This document shows, in pieces, positions 28,601-37,132 of a stretch of DNA of 63,164 nucleotides (the stretch's first letter is position 1; each line of letters starts with the position of its first letter). The notes below the pieces were generated by a model that was given only the letters and a program-made list of their open reading frames with translations, ran no database searches and was not told the origin of the DNA. The DNA is taken from NCBI GenBank assembly GCA_012522895.1, contig JAAYJM010000096.1, positions 1-63,164 on the forward strand. Direction: 5' to 3'. Made by a program: the position numbers and the translations under genes. This DNA comes from Ignavibacteria bacterium. Its GTDB lineage: Bacteria > Bacteroidota > Ignavibacteria > Kapaibacteriales > UBA2268.

Positions 28601-28809
28601 ACAAATTCTGATTCTGGAACTCTATAAACGCTGTGAATTTGAGCTGCAGAATAAGTTCCATCTGACAGCTTTTTTCCCGGAACATATATCTTGTAAGCAA
28701 TTTCACTCTCAGTTTTATCAATAGCTTCATGCAAATATGGTGGATAAGCTGCAATAAGATTTATTGTGTAAGTAAGAAATAGTGCAATTAATAATATTAC
28801 TTTTTTCAT
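25363..28809 (-). CDS. secreted S8 subtilisin-like protease fused to a BNR/Asp-box beta-propeller, an Ig-like domain and a T9SS sorting domain
   Basis: The catalytic triad contexts are DTGVDYLHEDL, HGTHVAG and GTSMSSP. There are five SxxGGxxW Asp-box-like repeats (DGGKNWT, NGGTNWS, NRGRNWD, NGGLTWV, DNGASWK) and a C-terminal PNPIRD...LYFLRI...IVLVK tail. Confidence 0.85.
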   Translation of the reverse strand: MKKVILLIALFLTYTINLIAAYPPYLHEAIDKTESEIAYKIYVPGKKLSDGTYSAAQIHSVYRVPESEFVPNAFHLKTKKVEDIGDGNLTLTSSVLMTSLNELSIEEIKPAVNLPVRSKQKGTKEEELSRIYEIHFNSGEDVYKVCFDLLSNPEVEYAVPIYKRYLHHIPDDTQFPYQYALENIKAKEAWEITKGDPDIVIAIVDTGVDYLHEDLGANAWINPGEIPGNGVDDEGNGFVDDVYGWDFVGNVSTSEALNKQWKEDNDPRNAKQSHGTHVAGCASAATNNLKGIAGTGYNCRLMSVKCASDQEYVGGIWRGYDGIVYAASNGAHIINCSWGGSGYSAVEQDVINYALSKGSVVVASAGNDGINIDKRITFPACYQNVLCVGATTEADTLADFTNRGRLVTVYAPGDNILSTLPGNMYGKLSGTSMSSPIVSGIAGLVLSSHPEWMTGSSTPEERVKRVIRQIRSTSDNVIAKTMSERHLYYGRANAYKAVDYNRAESNKKIAGFEISGLRFYDADAITSYEKTKLILSIKNYLGYADNVFLRITPISNFVTFTDFELDIGSLGELETKDFEIEIQLKDNNPWMIGAADLFLTVAHDEYVDYQIIQVPIHIGSKNAYSICCIIPDALAFTCYGAVSPSANNLWAAGFLKNGGPSLFLVDGNSVNIIGLQKNIFCVDALDNKNALCGAGVETGVCEVYKTIDGGKNWTSSSVEAITNIVTGIKMFDENYCCLIGEQKSGKFGIGYSSNGGTNWSLVTYAPPPMAGESVFINGSTWFENKGWFGTNKGRILFTSNRGRNWDLVSIQKASNIYLLGFKDEHNGIAIYNETNSGDALVASSSNGGLTWVPNRYNFTNDGIVPVSVYSPPDSKEIYVVGSFGQVYSTNDNGASWKPVLSQMQADIHQATGFANEYGKIKLWQIGKPIISTLQFDYTPASAKKELTSISGTTVNFDTVMLSSSSTKSVQIKNTGTVPVNISNVEIVPGEAVPDGVFVISNTAPSSIEPDNTATLRIKFSPDIVGERTASLKITNDGDPEILSVKLTGSGKEASSVEDFEKYYSARISPNPIRDQALLELSIPKEANYSIELIDGLGNVQFSVFNGYLERGTYKYALSFNSALTGSGLYFLRISDGESSALKKIVLVK

Positions 28810-28898
28810 AAAAAACCTTTAACAAATATTTATTAGAAACATTTCATTTTTCATATAAAAAATGATAAATAATATATTCAAATTTAGCATTTTTTATA

Positions 28899-28939
28899 CG
28901 AAAATAAAAAAGGCGAGCAGAAATTAATCTGCTCGCCTT
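28899..28939 (-). terminator. rho-independent terminator of the 2299-aa gene
   Basis: On the minus strand an 11-bp stem (aaggcgagcag / ctgctcgcctt) is followed by TTTTTATTTT. It lies 30 nt after the stop at 28969. Confidence 0.7.
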
Positions 28940-28968
28940 AAAATCAACATTTATAATTATTCCCTTAA

Positions 28969-29217
28969 TTAGGGCATAACGATAAATGATTGGATTGCAA
29001 ATTCGCTTGCGCCAGTAGAGACTTTAAGTATATAAAGACCAGCAGCCACATTTCCAGTTGGAATTGAGAAGCTGTGCTCTCCAAGACTCATAGTTTTGCT
29101 TTCTTGAATGGAAACTATTCTATTGCCATCAGCATTGTATATTTCTATAGTTACTGGGCTTGATTCGTAAACATTCATAGAGAAATTAATTAAATCTGAT
29201 ACTGGATTTGGAGCAAT
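28969..29217 (-). other. T9SS type-A C-terminal sorting domain coding segment (2299-aa protein)
   Basis: The last 82 aa read IAPNPVSDLINFSMNV...GLYILKVSTGASEFAIQSFIVMP. Confidence 0.7.
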
Positions 29218-32200
29218 ACTGCTTAAGCTGAATTGTGCATTTCCTTCGTATCCGTCATACTCATCACCAGCAAGAGCTTCTCTTGAACCAGCAACTTTTT
29301 CTCTTGGGTTAAATACTGCACTGTTGAGGTTATAGCTCTCTGTTCCAGGGCCATCCTCAGTAATATTATATGCAAATACTCTGAAGTGATAAGTTGTGCC
29401 AGTAGCAAGTCCAGTTACGGTTAATGGGGTTGTTATTGATGGAACTGCTGCTGCGTTATAGACAACGTAAGCATCTCCAACTTGTGAACCTGCACCAAAA
29501 ACTGTGCTTGGATCGTAAGTTACCCCATTTACTGGGAAGTCGTTTACTGTGAGTGCTGATCCTGCTTTTGCAAGTGCAACACGGTAGGAACCTGCTCCGC
29601 TTGTTGGTAACAACCAAGTCAAAGCAACCGATGTGGCGGTAGAGTTTCTAAATGTAATAACTCTATCTTGACCAAGTGGAACTGGTGCAGATAACTTAGT
29701 AGTTTCATTGCCAAGAGCTGCGGTGCTAAGATAAACTGTTCCAGCACCAAAGCCATTAAAGGTATATACTGCAAAATAGTATGTAGTTCCTTCGGCAAGT
29801 CCGGTAACTGTAACGTTATCGCCAGATCCAGCATAAACAACATAAGCGCCAGATATTTCATCGCCTAATCCATAAACTGCGTTTGCTGAATAGCTTTCGC
29901 CATTAAACGGTGCTGTAAATGGATAGGAATCTGTTTTGGCAAAAACTATTGAGTTCGCTCCATCGCCAGGAGTCCAAGCAACATTTAATTGGGTTGTTCC
30001 AATTGTTGGGAAATGAACATTGCTCGGTGCCTCTGTTGGCGCCGAAACTGCTGTTTGCACATCGCCAGTCAAAGGATCACTGTTATAATTAAAGGAGTTA
30101 AGTATATCATCGCCTTGGACACCAGAACCATTATATGCATAAAGTTCAAAGTAATAGAATCCGCTTTCCATTAAATTGCTAAGAACGAAAGTATTACCTG
30201 TGCCATTATATACAATGTAACCATCTCCTAAAGCTGTTCCGTCTCCAAAAGATGTATTTCCTGCTGGATAGCCATGATTATCTTCTGGAACGCCAGAATT
30301 ATAAGAACCAATATTATATGCTACTACAATAGTTTTTTCAGCATTTTGAGCCTTTGTCCAAGTAACTCTTAATGAAACATCAGCTATTTCTGTGAAAACA
30401 AGATTTGTAGGTTGATCTGGCTCATTGGCTAAGGTTTTAATTTCCTCAATATTAGACCAAGCTGAATAGCTATCATTTAAAGCATAGTATGCTCTAATTT
30501 TCACGCTGTAAAGAGTGTTAGCTGATAAATCATCTAAGTCAAAGTCGCGGAATTCACCAGGAAGATCAAATACATCACCATTAACCCAAAGTTCAAAGGC
30601 ATCTGGATCTTCGTCTACATCATATTCCCAATAAGTTGAGAAGCCTTCTTCCCATTTATTGTCTGGCGTCAACATAACTGGAGTTGGCAGAGCAATATTC
30701 CAGATATTGATAGAGCCATAATCTTCAGTATTGTAATTATGTGTATTTAATGGATATGTATCATATTGAGTTACAACTCCACCATTGAACACAAAAACAT
30801 TAAAGAAGTATTGAGTAAATGGCTCAAGTCCGCTAATAGTTGTATTTTGACTTGTGCCAATATAAACAACTTTACCATTGTTTAATTCGGGGGCATTGCC
30901 GAAATTAGTATCAAACTCATATTCAGTTGCGTCTTCTGGCATAGCGATAAGCTCGCCTGGCTCATAATCATAAGCAACTATTAAAGTGCGATAAGCATCG
31001 CTTGGCTTTAACCAAGATAAATCTATTGTGTTTTCTACAATACCGACTTCTGCAGTCAAGCCTGTTGGGCCATTAGTTGGCTCAACATCGAGAGTAATTA
31101 CTGGCTCAGCTGTTGAGAATGTATATGAGCCACCATAATTTGCAATGACAGCATAGTAATACAGTGTTGTCGGAGTTAATTCATCAATAAAGATTGAATT
31201 AACATTGCCAACATCATAATCTTCAATTAAATTGCCCTCTGAGTTATAAAGATAAATTTCAAATGCATCAACATTACCGCTATAAGTCCACTCGGCTAAG
31301 AAGCCTGTATCGGACTTATAAGTAGTTGGTATAATAACAGGTGCTGCCGGTAAAGTGCTCTTGCTTCTTGGGTTGTTTGCAGCGTTATTTACGTTGTATG
31401 CAATGCATTCAGAGTAGTTATACTCATACACTTTAAATGTATAAAGCACGCCACCAAGTAATCCGGTAACATCAACTCTATCGCCTGTTCCATTGTAAAT
31501 GGCGTAGCCTGATCCGATCATCGAACCTTCGCCATAAACTGAATTTGCTGCATAAGAAGTGTATAACTCTGGTGTCGCATCAATTTCACCTGGATAAGCA
31601 ACAACTAATACTTTCTCACCATTACCGCGAGTCCATCTTACTTTCATACTCTGAGAAGTTACAGAGGAGAAAATAATATTCTTGCCTTGCACGGTTGGCG
31701 GATCGCAAAATACTTCTTGTTCAGTTGTAAAGCTCCATACCTCTGACCACTCGCTTGTAAAATTGTCATTATAGCCATTTACGCGCCAGTAGTAAGTAGT
31801 GCCATACTCTAAACCTTCAATATCTATTGTAGTTTGAGAGGTCTGTCTTGCAATAGCAAAGTCAAAATCTGAATCTGTTGATAATTCAAAATTATACATA
31901 TTAGCATTATCAGCTGCTTCCCAGTTAAATTCAACTAAAGAAGGAGATAAATTCAAACTACCATCAAATGGAGAAACAAGTATAGGTGCATCAATCCAGT
32001 CTTCATCAAGATAAGCTAAAGTAGAAATAACGTAATAGCCATTTACAGCATAATTTCCGCTACCTTGTGAGTAGGCAACTGAATTTGCAGTATAATATTC
32101 TCCGGTTGATGCTTTATATAATTTGTATCCAATAGTTTGGCCCACAATCATACCATCTGTTTCTGCAGTTTGATCGTCATCGCCCCAAACAGTAAGATGA

Positions 32201-35200
32201 TTTGCTTCTTGCGGTGGTGGTTGAACTACCCACTCAACTGCGCCAACGCAGAAACCGAGAGGCGAGAAAGCAGCTACCCAGTCTCCGTCTTCAAGTGGAA
32301 CTCTGTTTATCGTTGGAGTAGAGGTGTAAGGAATAAGCACAGTTGCATTGTTGCCAGTATTTGCTGTCCAAATAAATGGATCTGCTTCTGCAGTCTGGAA
32401 CGACCATACTTCTGACCATTCACTTATTCCACCAAGTTCATTTGTAGCATTTACACGCCAGTAGAAAGTTGATAAGCCAGTTAAATTATAAAATGTAGCT
32501 TCATTGTTATAAACAGTTCCGTAATAAACAATATTGTTGGAAAAGACTGGAGAAGTTGCAACCTCAATATAATATTCGATTGCCGTTTCTACTTCTTCCC
32601 AAGTAAAGTTAACTTCAACTGTAGGAACATCAACTTCATTATTTAACGGAGCAAGTAAAACTGGTGCCTCTGGCACTGGTGCGCTTTCTGTTGTAAATGA
32701 CCAAGCTGCCGACCAGTCACTTTCGTTGGACAAATCGCTCTTGGCTTTTACACGCCAGAAATACTGAGTGCCATAAGCTAAATCGCCAAAGAACACAGTT
32801 GTTTCTTCTGTCCAGCCACTGGCTAAAATATCTGAGAAAATATCATTAGCAGAAACTTCAAAGTAAGACTCGATTGCTGGGAAAGTGATTTCCCAAGTTA
32901 AATCAATACCTTCGATAGAAACATCGCTTGTGTTATTTAAAGGAGATACTAAAACTGGAGCAGGGATATATTCGGATTTTGTAGTGAATGCCCAAACTTG
33001 TGACCATTCGCTTTCATATCCCTCAGCAATAGCTTTAACATGCCAGAAATATGTTGTTTCGTATTCAAATTCGCCCTGATACCCTGTTTCAAATACTTCC
33101 TCGCCAAGAACGATTCCGCTAAAGGAAATATCAGTTGCAACTTCAATATAGTAAGAATCAGCATCTTCGCTTTCATACCAAGAGAAGTCAACAGCTAAAG
33201 GCAAATCTTCTGATGCGTCAAGTGGAGCAATCAAAACTGGTGCTGCTGGAACGAAAGGTTCGGTTATAAACCACCATACTTCGGACCATTCGCTTGTGCC
33301 ATTTTCATTTGTTGCACTTACGCGCCAGTAATAAGTTGTTAAATATTCAAAACCTGTAAGATTGATTGATGTCAAAGAAGTCTCGAAAGTATAAGGATCA
33401 ATAAAATCTGAGGTTTCCAAAATTTCAACAGTATAATAGGCAGCCTCTTCTACGGCTTCCCATTCTAAGATTATTGAGCTAATAGGAAGATCAACAGCTT
33501 CATTTTCTGGTGCCACTAAAAGTGGTGCTGCTGGTGGTTCTGGAACTTCTTCTTCTTCAGTTATGAAGCTCCAAACTCCAGACCAATCGCTCTCTTCTTC
33601 ATCATTAAATGCACTTGCTCTCCAATAATATGTTGTGTTATAGTTCAAACCTTCTACTTCAACTGAGGTTCCATCAGTTTGATAGGCTATTGTTTGAGTA
33701 AATGCTTGGTCTTCTGACAGCTCTATATCATAACCGGTTGCACCTGAAACTGCGTTCCAAGTTAGCAATGGATTTATCGATACACCTGTTGCTCCGTTTA
33801 CTGGTGAAACAAGAACAGGAGCTTGAAGCGGAGGAGGACCACCTGCTGGTGTTACACTCCCATTTATGTAAGTAACATCAAGCTCATCCAAAGCATCGTT
33901 TGTAAATAAACTACGCTCTGTATCCCAAGTTAAGTCAGTTTCTGAAGTCCCTATGTAAGTAAATTGCAAATTAAAGATTAATGTGCCATCGGGAACATCT
34001 ATTGCCTCTGTCCCAGTCGACCAAATATAAGCCATTACATTCGGATTGCCTGCTTCATAAATTGAGCCTGGGAATAAAGATGTATTTACATCTTGAAACG
34101 AGGGATTCGAAAGCTTTGTGCCATCATAATCAACAAACATTGTGATGCCATTAACAGCGTAATCCACGCCGCTAAAGCCATACATTGTTACTGGAACAAG
34201 AACAACATCACCAGTATTTGCTTCGACAGTTCCAACCTTTACTGTCGGACCATCAAAAACGAAACCTTGTGTTGAAAATGACCAAACTTCTGACCAATCG
34301 CTTTCTTCTTCATTATTAAAAGCATTTACACGCCAATAATATGTTGTCTCTTCTTCTAAACCAGTTACTTCAAAAGAAGTTTCATCAGTTTGATAAGAAA
34401 CAGCAAAACCGAATGTTTGGTCAGTAGAAAGTTCAATATTGTAAGAGTCAGCTCCAAGAACTGATTCCCACGCTAAATTAAGCGTAGTTTCTTGATCAGT
34501 TGCACCATTGATTGGTGAAGCAAGAACAGGAGCTTGAAGTGATGGGGGACCACCTGCTGGGCTTACACCACCATTTATATAATTAACATCAAGCTCGTCC
34601 AAAGCATCGTTTGTAAACAAACTACGCTCTGTATCCCAAGTTAGATCTGTTGCTGTCGTCCCAATATAAGTAAACTGCAAATTAAAGATTAATGTGCCAT
34701 CAGGAACATCCACTGCCTCTGTCCCAGTCGACCAAATGTAAGCCATTACGCCAGGATTACCCGCCTCATAAATCGAGCCTGGGAACAAAGATGTATTTAC
34801 ATTTTGGAAAGATGGATTCGAAAGCTTCGTGTCGTCATATTCAATAAACATTGTGATACCGTTGACTGCAAAATCCACACCGCTAAAACCATCCATTGTT
34901 ACTGGAACTAAAACGACATCACCAGTGTTTGCCTCAACTGTTTCAACTGTTACTGTAGGACCAGCGGGAGGCTCTCCAGAGGGGTTAACAGCACCGTCAA
35001 TATAAATAACATCAAGCTCATCTAAAGCATCGTTTGTAAACAAACTACGCTCTGTATCCCAAGTTAGATCTGTTGCTGACGTCCCAATATAAGTAAACTG
35101 CAAATTAAAGATTAATGTGCCGTCGGGAACATCCACTGCCTCTGTCCCAGTTGACCAAATGTAAGCCATTACATTCGGATTACCTGCTTCGTAAATTGAG

Positions 35201-35868
35201 CCTGGGAACAAAGATGTATTTACATTTTGAAAAGATGGATTCGAAAGCTTCGTGCCATCATAGTCGATGAACATTGTGATGCCATTTACTGCAAAATCCA
35301 CACCGCTAAAACCATCCATTGTTACTGGGATTATAACTATATCGCCAGTGTTAGCCTCAACTGTTCCAACTGTAACTGTAGGACCAGCGGGCGGCTCTCC
35401 AGGAGGAGTAACAGCACCATCAATATAAGTTACATCAAGCTCATCTAAAGCATCGTTTGTAAACAAACTACGCTCTGTATCCCAAGTTAACTCTGTTGCT
35501 GTCGTCCCAATATAAGTAAACTGCAAATTAAAGATTAATGTGCCATCGGGAACATCTATTGCCTCAGTGCCTGTTGACCAAATATAAGCCATTATATTCG
35601 GATTACCTGCTTCATAAATTGAGCCTGGAAACAAAGATGTGTTTACATTTTGGAAAGATGGATTCGAAAGCTTCGTGCCATCATATTCGATGAACATCGT
35701 GATGCCATTAACGGCAAAATCTACCCCGGTAAAACCATCCATTGTTACTGGAACTACAACAACATCACCAGTATTTGCCTCGACAGTCCCTACTGTTACT
35801 GTAGGTTGTGAGTAAGATAAATAGCTGCAAAGCAGCATTGTTAAAGTTATCAAAAATATTCTTTTCAT
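28969..35868 (-). CDS. giant (2299 aa) T9SS-sorted surface protein: four cohesin-like modules, about 7 YYWR-type FN3-like repeats, one orphan WGDD module, about 7 further FN3-like repeats
   Basis: It has a signal peptide. The 141-aa repeats show PTVTVGTVEANTGDVVxVPV...IEYD...DGTLIFNLQF...IDGAV. Repeated TTYYWRV motifs are present, and the C-terminal tail is PNPVSDLINF...GLYILKV... Confidence 0.8.
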   Translation of the reverse strand: MKRIFLITLTMLLCSYLSYSQPTVTVGTVEANTGDVVVVPVTMDGFTGVDFAVNGITMFIEYDGTKLSNPSFQNVNTSLFPGSIYEAGNPNIMAYIWSTGTEAIDVPDGTLIFNLQFTYIGTTATELTWDTERSLFTNDALDELDVTYIDGAVTPPGEPPAGPTVTVGTVEANTGDIVIIPVTMDGFSGVDFAVNGITMFIDYDGTKLSNPSFQNVNTSLFPGSIYEAGNPNVMAYIWSTGTEAVDVPDGTLIFNLQFTYIGTSATDLTWDTERSLFTNDALDELDVIYIDGAVNPSGEPPAGPTVTVETVEANTGDVVLVPVTMDGFSGVDFAVNGITMFIEYDDTKLSNPSFQNVNTSLFPGSIYEAGNPGVMAYIWSTGTEAVDVPDGTLIFNLQFTYIGTTATDLTWDTERSLFTNDALDELDVNYINGGVSPAGGPPSLQAPVLASPINGATDQETTLNLAWESVLGADSYNIELSTDQTFGFAVSYQTDETSFEVTGLEEETTYYWRVNAFNNEEESDWSEVWSFSTQGFVFDGPTVKVGTVEANTGDVVLVPVTMYGFSGVDYAVNGITMFVDYDGTKLSNPSFQDVNTSLFPGSIYEAGNPNVMAYIWSTGTEAIDVPDGTLIFNLQFTYIGTSETDLTWDTERSLFTNDALDELDVTYINGSVTPAGGPPPLQAPVLVSPVNGATGVSINPLLTWNAVSGATGYDIELSEDQAFTQTIAYQTDGTSVEVEGLNYNTTYYWRASAFNDEEESDWSGVWSFITEEEEVPEPPAAPLLVAPENEAVDLPISSIILEWEAVEEAAYYTVEILETSDFIDPYTFETSLTSINLTGFEYLTTYYWRVSATNENGTSEWSEVWWFITEPFVPAAPVLIAPLDASEDLPLAVDFSWYESEDADSYYIEVATDISFSGIVLGEEVFETGYQGEFEYETTYFWHVKAIAEGYESEWSQVWAFTTKSEYIPAPVLVSPLNNTSDVSIEGIDLTWEITFPAIESYFEVSANDIFSDILASGWTEETTVFFGDLAYGTQYFWRVKAKSDLSNESDWSAAWSFTTESAPVPEAPVLLAPLNNEVDVPTVEVNFTWEEVETAIEYYIEVATSPVFSNNIVYYGTVYNNEATFYNLTGLSTFYWRVNATNELGGISEWSEVWSFQTAEADPFIWTANTGNNATVLIPYTSTPTINRVPLEDGDWVAAFSPLGFCVGAVEWVVQPPPQEANHLTVWGDDDQTAETDGMIVGQTIGYKLYKASTGEYYTANSVAYSQGSGNYAVNGYYVISTLAYLDEDWIDAPILVSPFDGSLNLSPSLVEFNWEAADNANMYNFELSTDSDFDFAIARQTSQTTIDIEGLEYGTTYYWRVNGYNDNFTSEWSEVWSFTTEQEVFCDPPTVQGKNIIFSSVTSQSMKVRWTRGNGEKVLVVAYPGEIDATPELYTSYAANSVYGEGSMIGSGYAIYNGTGDRVDVTGLLGGVLYTFKVYEYNYSECIAYNVNNAANNPRSKSTLPAAPVIIPTTYKSDTGFLAEWTYSGNVDAFEIYLYNSEGNLIEDYDVGNVNSIFIDELTPTTLYYYAVIANYGGSYTFSTAEPVITLDVEPTNGPTGLTAEVGIVENTIDLSWLKPSDAYRTLIVAYDYEPGELIAMPEDATEYEFDTNFGNAPELNNGKVVYIGTSQNTTISGLEPFTQYFFNVFVFNGGVVTQYDTYPLNTHNYNTEDYGSINIWNIALPTPVMLTPDNKWEEGFSTYWEYDVDEDPDAFELWVNGDVFDLPGEFRDFDLDDLSANTLYSVKIRAYYALNDSYSAWSNIEEIKTLANEPDQPTNLVFTEIADVSLRVTWTKAQNAEKTIVVAYNIGSYNSGVPEDNHGYPAGNTSFGDGTALGDGYIVYNGTGNTFVLSNLMESGFYYFELYAYNGSGVQGDDILNSFNYNSDPLTGDVQTAVSAPTEAPSNVHFPTIGTTQLNVAWTPGDGANSIVFAKTDSYPFTAPFNGESYSANAVYGLGDEISGAYVVYAGSGDNVTVTGLAEGTTYYFAVYTFNGFGAGTVYLSTAALGNETTKLSAPVPLGQDRVITFRNSTATSVALTWLLPTSGAGSYRVALAKAGSALTVNDFPVNGVTYDPSTVFGAGSQVGDAYVVYNAAAVPSITTPLTVTGLATGTTYHFRVFAYNITEDGPGTESYNLNSAVFNPREKVAGSREALAGDEYDGYEGNAQFSLSSIAPNPVSDLINFSMNVYESSPVTIEIYNADGNRIVSIQESKTMSLGEHSFSIPTGNVAAGLYILKVSTGASEFAIQSFIVMP
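34537..35805 (-). repeat. intragenic tandem repeat, 3 x 423 bp (cohesin-like modules 1-3); a fourth dispersed copy at about 33830-34251
   Basis: The period of 141 aa was counted between successive PTVTVGTVEANTGD starts (aa 22, 163, 304). Long DNA stretches are visibly near-identical between copies. Confidence 0.9.
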
Positions 35869-35937
35869 ATTACTATCCTTATTAGTTAATAAAACTCAAA
35901 ATACATTGAAATAGCTATTAAAAGTTACTTCAAAATA

Positions 35938-36900
35938 TTAGAGTGGCGGGGTATAGCTGCCATTTACATCACCAGCACAAAGCGCTTTAATATTAACCCC
36001 TGTTACATCTTCACCATTAACAACTACTTCTGGCTTTTCAAAAACCCAATCAGGAAGACTCCATGCATTGGTGTTCCCACCTACGATTTTTCTTTGCATT
36101 AAAATCGCATCAGTGTTGTTAACAACATTGTTATTTTGAACGTCAGCAGCTTTTTGTTGAAACTCGCCTAACTGAAATCCACTGTAAGATACAATATGTC
36201 TTTTAACCAAAATTCCGTCTGTATTATTAAGTCCACCCCATGCTTTCTCGGTTGAGCAAGCAATTGTATACTCTCCATTTTCTACATTTTCAAAAGAATA
36301 TGCACCAGTTGGGCTTGTTTGAGTAGATGCAATAATCAATTGGCCAGAAATCAAAGAGACTGTTGTGTTTGTCATAGGAGTATTAGCAGTATTGGCATAG
36401 CTGATTATTCCACTGATTGTGAAACCTGGATCTCCACCTATAAATGTCATAGAACTAATAACCCAAATACCATTGGCTACATAAGCACCTGTTGCATTGC
36501 TGCTTGTAGCATCGTAAGAAACTGCTTCGGCGATATGTTCTTCACCTGTCTCTTGTCTCCAAAGACGATACTGAATTACCTCGCCGCCGGCTAAACCATC
36601 AACTGCTGTTGTTTGGTCGTCATCGCCCCATACTGTGAGCCCATTAGCTAATTGTGGTGGATCGTTTACTTCCCAAAGTATTGCGCCAACACAAAATTCA
36701 TTATTCGAGCCAAAAGCACCAAGCCAATCGCCTGCTTGGATAGCATCGCCATTGAATGTAGGTGAATTAGCATAAGGTAAAATCACACTACCGTTATTAC
36801 CGGTAATTGCCGTCCATGTCCATGGAGCCTGTTGAGCATCTGCTTGTGCAAAGACAAACAATAATGCTATGCTTAATGCTGCGATTCGTAAGTAACGCAT
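35938..36900 (-). CDS. secreted 320-aa protein: orphan WGDD module + CarboxypepD_reg-like beta-sandwich + dockerin-like C-terminal segments; no T9SS tail
   Basis: The signal peptide ends AQADA-QQ. It carries LTVWGDDDQT, TISGIISY...TGAYSFENVENGEYTI, then GLNNTDGILVKRHIV and DVQNNNVVNNTDAILMQRKIVGG, and ends with GDVNGSYTPPL. Confidence 0.6.
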   Translation of the reverse strand: MRYLRIAALSIALLFVFAQADAQQAPWTWTAITGNNGSVILPYANSPTFNGDAIQAGDWLGAFGSNNEFCVGAILWEVNDPPQLANGLTVWGDDDQTTAVDGLAGGEVIQYRLWRQETGEEHIAEAVSYDATSSNATGAYVANGIWVISSMTFIGGDPGFTISGIISYANTANTPMTNTTVSLISGQLIIASTQTSPTGAYSFENVENGEYTIACSTEKAWGGLNNTDGILVKRHIVSYSGFQLGEFQQKAADVQNNNVVNNTDAILMQRKIVGGNTNAWSLPDWVFEKPEVVVNGEDVTGVNIKALCAGDVNGSYTPPL

Positions 36901-37098
36901 ATTTAAAACCTCAAAATAGTGAGAAAAAAGTTAATTATATTTCATTATAAACTATGTTATATACAATATTTGCACATTCTTTTTGTAAAAATATCTAATA
37001 TTTTCTAAAAAAACAAATATTTATACGCTTTTGTTACTATTATTACTTAATAGTAACAACAAATATATAAAAAAAATTAAAAAAAAAAAAGAAATATT

Positions 37099-37124
37099 AA
37101 GAAATTAAAAAAAATTAATTTCTT
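37099..37124 (-). terminator. possible AT-only hairpin terminator after the 881-aa gene
   Basis: The stem aagaaattaa / ttaatttctt has a 6-nt loop and is followed on the minus strand by a long T-rich run. All pairs are A-T, so it is weak. Confidence 0.3.
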
Positions 37125-37132
37125 TTATCATT

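Noticed and set aside
28969-36900. Classical cellulosome.
   Set aside because: No glycoside hydrolase, CBM3 or other carbohydrate-active enzyme is visible in the window. The scaffold ends in a T9SS tail rather than SLH or sortase signals. I therefore describe it only as cohesin/dockerin-like.
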